From an uncultured Alphaproteobacteria bacterium (GTDB taxonomy: Bacteria > Pseudomonadota > Alphaproteobacteria > Sphingomonadales > Sphingomonadaceae), in NCBI GenBank assembly GCA_963789155.1, contig CAWBJN010000019.1:70199-134198 (forward strand): a stretch of 64,000 nt of DNA, given 5' to 3'. Position 1 is the first letter of the stretch, and each line of letters opens with the position of its first letter. The translations under genes and the position numbers were made by a program. Positions 57,727-64,000 of this stretch are shown here, one piece after another. The notes beneath the pieces were generated by a model. The model was given only the letters and a program-made list of their open reading frames with translations. It was not told where the DNA came from and did no database searches.

Positions 57727-58368
57727 TTAGGGCTGAAGCAGCGGGCTTTCGTAGCGCACACCGAAGAACAGTTCCCCTTCGCGGCGCACTAGCAACACTG
57801 TCTCACCCTCGGCCAATTCCGCATCTGCATCATGCGGTTCAACCATTACGAAATGAGGATGCCCGAAAGCATCTTTTACCTTGGCGCGCGCCGGTGAAGC
57901 CGCGCGGGCAGTGCCCGTCTGGATCACCGCGTCACGCCGGATGAGGCTTTGCAGCCCAACGGCTGTCGTCTCATCTTTAGGCAGCAGCTTTTCAAGCGGA
58001 CGGATCACAATACCATTCAAGGGCAGCGCCGCCGCCCCGGCCAGTAGGGCTGCTAGCCCTGCCGAAAGCGGCGCACCCATAACTCCGCTGATCACCGCCT
58101 GCCCAACGACCCCCGTCACGGTGAAGACAAACAGCAAGCTCGACAGCCAGATCAGAAATGGCACACGGCCAATCCCAAGCACGCTGAACACGCCGTCCAT
58201 AAAACCGCTCGCCTCGAGCCCGTCGGCCACATCGGCATCAAGGTCGATTTCGACATCTCCGGCGCCTTCTAAAAAGTCGCCAGCACCGATGATTTGTAAT
58301 AAGCCGATGGCAAACAAAGCGCCCAGCGCGATGGCAAAAGGCAGGTTGTACGGTTCAAGCAAAGTCAT
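57727..58368 (-). CDS. YqiJ/DUF1449 (NfeD-like) membrane protein, partner of flotillin
   Basis: MTLLEPYNLPFAIALGALFAIGLLQIIG..., an acidic loop, 2-3 more TM segments and a C-terminal OB-like segment. It lies immediately upstream of the flotillin gene. Confidence 0.75.
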   Translation of the reverse strand: MTLLEPYNLPFAIALGALFAIGLLQIIGAGDFLEGAGDVEIDLDADVADGLEASGFMDGVFSVLGIGRVPFLIWLSSLLFVFTVTGVVGQAVISGVMGAPLSAGLAALLAGAAALPLNGIVIRPLEKLLPKDETTAVGLQSLIRRDAVIQTGTARAASPARAKVKDAFGHPHFVMVEPHDADAELAEGETVLLVRREGELFFGVRYESPLLQP

Positions 58369-58588
58369 CCGCTCACCTCCCCAAAGAGCATCCATTTAAA
58401 ACTCGCAAAGAGTTGCGCCGCAAACACTGCAACGTCAATTTCCAAAGGTTTTCCCATGAATGAAGTATTAGCACATATTGCCGCATTTTGACAGGAAAAT
58501 CGGTATTAGTGTCGCAATAGTACTCGTTAGAAACTCTATTTTCCCGCTCAACCTTGTATTGTTGCGCGGCGCTGTTCATATATAAAGC

Positions 58589-59929
58589 TTATGCCGGAGT
58601 AATTTTAAGCGGCAGGGACTTCAATCCTCCAACAAAGGTGCTCGTCGCGCGCTTCGCTTCGCCTGCCATTTCCACAGCATCGATCCGGTCGAGCAAAGCT
58701 TCAAACAATATCCGCATTTCAAGCCGCGCCAGATGCAAGCCAAGGCACTGATGCGCGCCCGCGCCAAACGCCAGATGCCGATTGGGCGAGCGTGCCGCGT
58801 CAAAGCGCCGAGGGTCGGCGAACTGTGCTGGATCATGATTGGCAGCGACATAGTTCATCATCATCCAATCACCCGCCTTCACCTGCTGCCCGCCTATCTC
58901 CACATCTTTGGCGGCGGTGCGCATGAAATGTTGCACCGGACTGGTCCAGCGGATCGCTTCCTCGACGATGCCGGGCAGCAGCGAGCGATCCGCTTTCACC
59001 CGCGCGAACTGCTCGGGATCGTTGGCGAGCGCCATCATCGCTCCTGCTGTTGATGCGCTGGTCGTGTCATGACCGGCAGTTGCGACGATGATGTAATACC
59101 CCGCCATGTCACGCGGGGGCAGCGGCTTGCCGTCAACGGTGGCGTTTGCGATCACGCTTGCGACGTCATCTGTCGGGTTCGCCCTGCGATCTTCTGCGAT
59201 TTGCGCGAAGTAATCCTCAAAACTTGTAACCGCACCCGCAACCAATGCGATCACTTGTTCGGGCGTCATATTCTCCATGCCCGACCCCGATAGATCAGCG
59301 TCCTGTCCGCCGAACAATTTCTGCGTCAGCATCTGCATGCGCGGTTCATCCTCAGGCTTCACACCGAGAATTTGCATCACCACTCTCAGCGGATACGGCC
59401 CCGCGACCTTTTCAACAAAGTCCACCACCGGCCCAGCTTCGATCATCGCATCAACGGTGCGAACCGCCAGCGCGCGGATCTCATCCTCCAACCGCTTCAA
59501 ATTGCGCGGCATGAACCATTCTTGCGTCAGCTTGCGATATTTTGGGTGAATCGGCGCATCGAACACCACCAGCGAATCCACCAGCATGTTTGACCCCGTC
59601 GCCGCGCGGCTGAATTCAATCGCTGAGTTAAAACTGAAGACCACCGGCTTTGGATTGTTGAGGAAGGTCGCGTTATCCTTCGACATTCGCATCACGTCTT
59701 CGTGACGGGTGATCAGCCAGAATGGCTCAAACAGGCCGTCCACTTCGGGCATGACTTTAGCCACCGGCGTTGTCGCACGGATATGGTCGAATGCATCGAG
59801 CAGCCCATCCCACTGTGCGTAAGCATGTGGGTTGATAACGGTTTTAGCGAGGTCAGTGGAGAGCGTCGCCGGACCGCTCGCGCCAACACTCGCCCCGCTG
59901 CTCGCCCCAACACTCACCCCATTGGTCAT
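58589..59929 (-). CDS. Cytochrome P450
   Basis: Heme-binding loop FGAGAHQCLGLHLARLE, I-helix VATAGHDTTS, and EEAIRW (ExxR). Confidence 0.93.
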   Translation of the reverse strand: MTNGVSVGASSGASVGASGPATLSTDLAKTVINPHAYAQWDGLLDAFDHIRATTPVAKVMPEVDGLFEPFWLITRHEDVMRMSKDNATFLNNPKPVVFSFNSAIEFSRAATGSNMLVDSLVVFDAPIHPKYRKLTQEWFMPRNLKRLEDEIRALAVRTVDAMIEAGPVVDFVEKVAGPYPLRVVMQILGVKPEDEPRMQMLTQKLFGGQDADLSGSGMENMTPEQVIALVAGAVTSFEDYFAQIAEDRRANPTDDVASVIANATVDGKPLPPRDMAGYYIIVATAGHDTTSASTAGAMMALANDPEQFARVKADRSLLPGIVEEAIRWTSPVQHFMRTAAKDVEIGGQQVKAGDWMMMNYVAANHDPAQFADPRRFDAARSPNRHLAFGAGAHQCLGLHLARLEMRILFEALLDRIDAVEMAGEAKRATSTFVGGLKSLPLKITPA

Positions 59930-61465
59930 TGTGCGGCCTTCGCTGCATATTCATCGCGCAACTCGCGCTTATACAGCTTACCGTTCGCCTCTCGTGGCAA
60001 TTCAGGACGGAAATCGAACAGTTTGGGCATTTTAATCCGAGCCAGTTGCGGGGCGAGAAATTCGCGCAATTCCTGTTCAAAATCCTCCCCTGCGTCCGCC
60101 ATATCGATGGGCTGCACCACTGCGACAACTTTTTCGCCGAGGTCAGGGCATGGCGCACCGATCACCGCTGCATCCATCACCTTGTCATGGGTGATCAGCA
60201 GATTCTCAAGCTCCTGAGGGTAAATATTCACCCCGCCCGAAATGATCATGTGGCTCTTACGGTCGGTCAGGAAAAGATAGCCGTCCGCATCGACATGTCC
60301 GATATCGCCGAGCGTCATCCAGCCTTTCGGATGCATGGCATCCGCCGTCTTTTCCGGATCGTTGTGATAGGTCGGCAGCAACGCGTTTTCGAAATAGATC
60401 AGCCCGTCTTCACCTGGACTCCACTTCCTCGCCATCGGGGCCGCAGACATGCAAGGTCCCATGGATGGCCTTACCAACCGTGCCGGGATGCTGGAGCCAA
60501 TCCTCCGCCCCGATCATAGTCATGCCAATACCTTCGCTGCCCGCGTAATATTCGTTTACGATCGGGCCCCACCATTCGATCATCTCTTGCTTGATCGGAA
60601 CGGGGCAAGGCGCGGCGGCGTGCAAAGCGCGCTTATGGCTCGACAGATCATATTTCGTGCGGATTTCAGGATCGAGTTTCAGGAAGCGCACAAAATGCGT
60701 GGGCACCCACTGGCTATCAGTGATCTTGAATTTCTCAATCGCTTGCAATGCGGCTTCGGGTTCAAATTTTTCGAGCACCACCAAGGTCGCGCCAAGCCGC
60801 TGGGCTGCCCCGCACCACGCAAGCGGCGCGGCATGATACAGCGGCGCAGGGGAAAGGTAGATCATCGATCCATCAGCGGGCATCCCGGCGCCCATTGTTG
60901 CCAGAGCAAGAAACGGGATCATCGCTTGCGGATCGGGGTCTTCTGGCGGGGCGGGGCGGATACCTTTGGGCCGCCCGGTCGTGCCGGAGCTGTAAAGCAT
61001 CGTCGCACCGGCGCGCTGGTCTGCGATCGGTTCAGCCGGGTGACTGGTGAGCGCCGCGTGGAAATCCTCTGCGCCGCCGCCGCCTGCCATCAGCACCTCA
61101 AGATCAGGGCATTCCTTGCGGATATCCACCATCACATCGTCAAAAGCGGGCGAGGTAATAAGCAGCTTTGCCCCGCTATCTTTGAGAATATAAGCGATCT
61201 CTGGTGCAGTCAGGCGGGTTGAGATCGGAACCAGCAATGTCCCGGCCCGCTGTGATCCCCACACCAGCGTGAAATACTCGATGCGGTTTTCAAGCAGAAC
61301 AGCGAAAGCGTCATTGGCCGCAAAACCGCGCCCGCGCAGCAATTGCGCAAACTGGTTCGCAGCCTCGTCCATTTCGCGATATGTCTGCTGTTTGCCGCTG
61401 CCGGCCATAATAACCGCAGGGTGATCGGGGCGATTCGCGGCATGCGCGATGGGGTGCATGGTCAT
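59926..61465 (-). pseudogene. AMP-dependent acyl-CoA synthetase/ligase, frameshift near 60415-60421
   Basis: AMP motif LYSSGTTGRPKG. Fragment 1 ends ..LHVCGPDGEEVESR*. Fragment 2 continues ..SPGEDGLIYFEN...GWMTLGDIGHVDADGYLFLTDRKSHMIISGGVNIYP...GKLYKRELR. ATG 61465 follows GGAGGAGA. Confidence 0.88.
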
Positions 61466-61611
61466 GGTTCTCTCCTCCACGCCTGCTGTATTGCCGTTTT
61501 TGAAGGGCTTGATGAGCAGGCGCATTCTCTTGGGGGGAAAGCTAGCGCAGCGGAGCCATCACTCAAGGGAAATCAGAGCAGAAAAAGGAAGAAGCACCCT
61601 GCAACGGGCAG

Positions 61612-61640
61612 AAAAAAAGGCGGCGGGTAAACCCGCCGCC
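61612..61640 (-). terminator. Intrinsic terminator for the M23 peptidase gene
   Basis: ggcggcggg (61619-61627) pairs with cccgccgcc (61632-61640). The A7 run on the plus strand is a T7 tail on the minus strand. Confidence 0.75.
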
Positions 61641-61701
61641 CAAACTCGGACACCCTCTCCAGCATCCGACCCGCTTCCAGGCGGGTAACTCTTAAGGCAG
61701 C

Positions 61702-62460
61702 TTACTGACCGCCAACAGCACCAACGCGGCGGCGACCGGGCAGCAAATCTGCGCTGCTTGTCGTATCGATCGACGCCATACGGGTCTGCTCTTGGGTTTC
61801 TTTCATATAGGGAATTGGATTGACCGCAACCCCGTCAACGCGAACCTCATAATGGAGGTGCGGACCGGTGGAACGCCCGGTTGAACCGACATATCCAATC
61901 AAGTCTCCCTTTTTCACGCGCTCACCCGCAGCAACGGCCAGGCGTGAGAGATGGGCATAGCGTGTCTCAAGATCGGCACCGTGATCAATGCTGATATATA
62001 GGCCGTAGCTTGAGAACCAGTCTGCGCGGCCAATAAGGCCGTCCGCAGTGGCGTAAACCGGCGTGCCTGTCGGTGCGGCCAGATCAACACCATTGTGGCT
62101 GCGACGCTGGCGCAGGACAGGATGGTTGCGCATCCCATATCCGCTGCTCAAACGTGCATTTGAAAGTGGCATGCGCGAAGGCACGGAAACTGTGGACTGC
62201 TCAATGATCGTCGGCACAATGCCGGATGCCTGAGGTCCAACGCTATCGAGCGCGGACCAGCTGGCAAACAATTCAGTGAAACGTTCATCGCCATCAGAAA
62301 AAGCGTCATCCTGAAGATCGCTTACTGGCTCTGCCACATCAGCGGACGAAGCAGCGTTGGCAGATGAATTGGCTGCGGCTGGACTAGCCGCCAGCACTAA
62401 TGTCGCGGCACAAAGTGCGGCGGTAGTTTTTGAAATAGAACGCATAAAAAGCGTAAACAT
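61702..62460 (-). CDS. M23-family peptidoglycan DD-metalloendopeptidase
   Basis: SSGYGMRNHPVLRQRRSHNGVDLAAPTGTPVYATADG...GSTGRSTGPHLHYEV, with a signal peptide. Confidence 0.88.
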   Translation of the reverse strand: MFTLFMRSISKTTAALCAATLVLAASPAAANSSANAASSADVAEPVSDLQDDAFSDGDERFTELFASWSALDSVGPQASGIVPTIIEQSTVSVPSRMPLSNARLSSGYGMRNHPVLRQRRSHNGVDLAAPTGTPVYATADGLIGRADWFSSYGLYISIDHGADLETRYAHLSRLAVAAGERVKKGDLIGYVGSTGRSTGPHLHYEVRVDGVAVNPIPYMKETQEQTRMASIDTTSSADLLPGRRRVGAVGGQ

Positions 62461-62616
62461 ATTGACCCGATCCCGTCTGGCTAATGCCAATTCTTGTGGG
62501 GTCGAACGCGAAAATTTTATTTTTTTCTGGAACCTTCCGGTGCCGTTCCGCGTATCAACCTTATCGCGAAGTCCTCCCGAACTCCGTTTCGTAAGATGGG
62601 TTATCGGCGAGATTCG

Positions 62617-63408
62617 TTAATTCGCAACATCTTCGTAAAAGTCTCGCGACAAACCGGCTGCGAGACGCGCTGAGTCGTTAAATGGCGGCTTTATTGGGCC
62701 TCTGAAGTGAGTGCGAACCAAGGATTTCCACATAATTTCAGGATTCTTGCCGCTCGCTTGGGCGTGATTTATAAAGTGTTTGGTGCCGAACCGAACATGC
62801 CTGATCTCATCGTCAAGGATGCGAGCGAGAATTTTCGCACCGTTTTCGTCGCCCGCTGCTCTCACCCGGGTCAGCGTTGCCGGCGTCACATCCAATCCGC
62901 GTGCTTCCAGCACCATAGGGACCACAGCCAGCCGCGCGGCTACGTCGCCGCGTGTTTCATGTGCGGCTTCCCACAACCCTCCATGCGCAGGCAGCGCTCC
63001 GTAAAAGCTACCTAATGTCTTAAGCTTGCGGTCCAGCAGAGCGAAATGCATCGCTTCATCGGCGCCAACATATAAGAAGTCTGAGACAAACTCCTCGCCC
63101 ATTTCCGCGCCGAACCGTCCCGCCATATCAAGCGCCAAGTCAATCGCGACGAATTCGATATGCGCCAGCGAATGCCACAATGCGATGCGCCCGCGCTCTG
63201 ATCCAAACTTGCCGCGTTTGGGCATCTGTTTGGGTTCAAGCAATTCAGGCTTTTGCGGCGCAGCCGGTGTATCGGGCATCGGCACATCAAATTCAAAAGC
63301 CAGCTTCCCCATTCGCCAGCGCCGCGCCACGTCGCGCGCGGCAAAGCATTTTTCGCGCGGATCGCCTGTCAGCAACGCGGCCCGGATCGCACCAGCAACG
63401 GTTTCCAT
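62617..63408 (-). CDS. DUF455 ferritin-like domain protein
   Basis: ALWHSLAHIEFVAIDLALDM, LVVPMVLEARGLD, EIRHVRFG. Met 63408 was chosen as the start to avoid overlapping bcp. Confidence 0.78.
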   Translation of the reverse strand: METVAGAIRAALLTGDPREKCFAARDVARRWRMGKLAFEFDVPMPDTPAAPQKPELLEPKQMPKRGKFGSERGRIALWHSLAHIEFVAIDLALDMAGRFGAEMGEEFVSDFLYVGADEAMHFALLDRKLKTLGSFYGALPAHGGLWEAAHETRGDVAARLAVVPMVLEARGLDVTPATLTRVRAAGDENGAKILARILDDEIRHVRFGTKHFINHAQASGKNPEIMWKSLVRTHFRGPIKPPFNDSARLAAGLSRDFYEDVAN

Positions 63409-63415
63409 TACCCGA

Positions 63416-63889
63416 TCAAAGCGCCTTTGCCGCGGCAAGGACTTCCTCGGCGTGGCCCTTGACCTTCACCTTGTTCCAGATTTGCGCGATTTTGCCATCG
63501 GCACCCACCAGATAGGTCGAACGGACCATGCCCATATAGGTTTTCCCGTACATCTGCTTTTCAGTCCAAATGCCAAGAGTGTCGGACAGACCGCCTTCTT
63601 CTGCATCCGTCGCCAGCGGCGTGGTTAGATCATGTTTCGCGATGAAGTTCAGATGCTTTTTTGCGCTGCATTTGCTTACCCCCAGCAAATCGGTGCCGGT
63701 CGCATCGAAATCGCCGTTGAGCGCGGTAAAATCTTTGGCCTCTGTCGTGCAGCCGGGCGTGTTGTCTTTCGGATAGAAGAACACCACGAGTTTCTTGCCC
63801 CTAAAATCAGAAGGTTTGACAGTTCCGCCATCGGGTGTGCCCATTTCGATGTCAGGCATAATGTCGCCCACTTTCGCAAAATCGCTCAT
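63416..63889 (-). CDS. bcp: Thioredoxin-dependent thiol peroxidase (Bcp, peroxiredoxin)
   Basis: LVVFFYPKDNTPGCTTEAKDF. Confidence 0.93.
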   Translation of the reverse strand: MSDFAKVGDIMPDIEMGTPDGGTVKPSDFRGKKLVVFFYPKDNTPGCTTEAKDFTALNGDFDATGTDLLGVSKCSAKKHLNFIAKHDLTTPLATDAEEGGLSDTLGIWTEKQMYGKTYMGMVRSTYLVGADGKIAQIWNKVKVKGHAEEVLAAAKAL

Positions 63890-63892
63890 CAC

Positions 63893-64000
63893 TCAAATCT
63901 CCAGTTTCTGTTCGAATGTCTCGGCCCAGCTTTGTGCGACCACTTTACGCGCAGCATCAAGGTCGCGGATCAGTTCCGCGTAGCTAATGCGATCACAGGA
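63893..64000 (-). CDS. 3' end of an unidentified gene (partial, C-terminal about 35 aa)
   Basis: The minus-strand frame is open to the window edge and reads ..SCDRISYAELIRDLDAARKVVAQSWAETFEQKLEI*. The stop TGA overlaps a GTG just upstream of bcp. Confidence 0.3.
   Translation of the reverse strand, partial: SCDRISYAELIRDLDAARKVVAQSWAETFEQKLEI

Noticed and set aside
1733-61465. Programmed ribosomal frameshifting or transcriptional slippage as an explanation for the split genes
   Set aside because: The 11 sites share no slippery heptamer or stimulatory structure. They occur in unrelated housekeeping genes not known to use recoding, and both +1 and -1 corrections are needed. Sequence error is the more economical explanation.
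1-64000. Search for tRNA, rRNA, tmRNA, SRP RNA, RNase P RNA and riboswitches in the intergenic regions
   Set aside because: By eye I found no cloverleaf-like segments, no GGTTCGAATCC-type T-loops and no conserved SRP or tmRNA motifs. This is a weak negative, and a covariance-model scan would be needed to exclude small RNAs.

Overview
About 60% GC chromosomal core segment that looks alphaproteobacterial. Gene content and synteny (leuS-lptE-holA, lptC-lptA, PHB genes phaZ/phbB/phaJ-like, exosortase-A-type EPS genes) suggest Sphingomonadales or Erythrobacteraceae; this taxon call is inference only. I can support about 62 protein genes, nearly all housekeeping or metabolic. By eye I see no rRNA, tRNA, CRISPR array, transposase, integrase or recognisable defence gene. 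Two real small genes are missing from the ORF track: rpmG (3141..3308) and an Arc-type ribbon-helix-helix gene (14732..14935, minus strand). The most striking property is that at least 11 conserved genes are each split by a single-nucleotide frameshift: leuS, gltB, gltD, ung, an ABC exporter, phaZ, an acyl-CoA synthetase, phhA, a GNAT, a lipoprotein and probably an RluA-family gene. Homology continues cleanly in the neighbouring frame in each case. Several shift sites sit at or next to GANTC or GATC motifs, homopolymers or the tetramer CTTG. I read this as an assembly or base-calling artefact rather than genome decay. I found no convincing undescribed multi-gene system. The accessory-looking spots worth a second look are: (1) an SPFH-Arc operon behind a 30-bp AT-rich near-perfect palindrome; (2) a roughly 45% GC orphan gene flanked by a dispersed GC-rich hairpin repeat family; (3) four tandem 14-bp units exactly filling a convergent intergenic gap; (4) an isolated exosortase-A-like EPS remnant followed by an acidic repeat membrane protein; (5) palindrome clusters upstream of phaZ and of an RHH gene.
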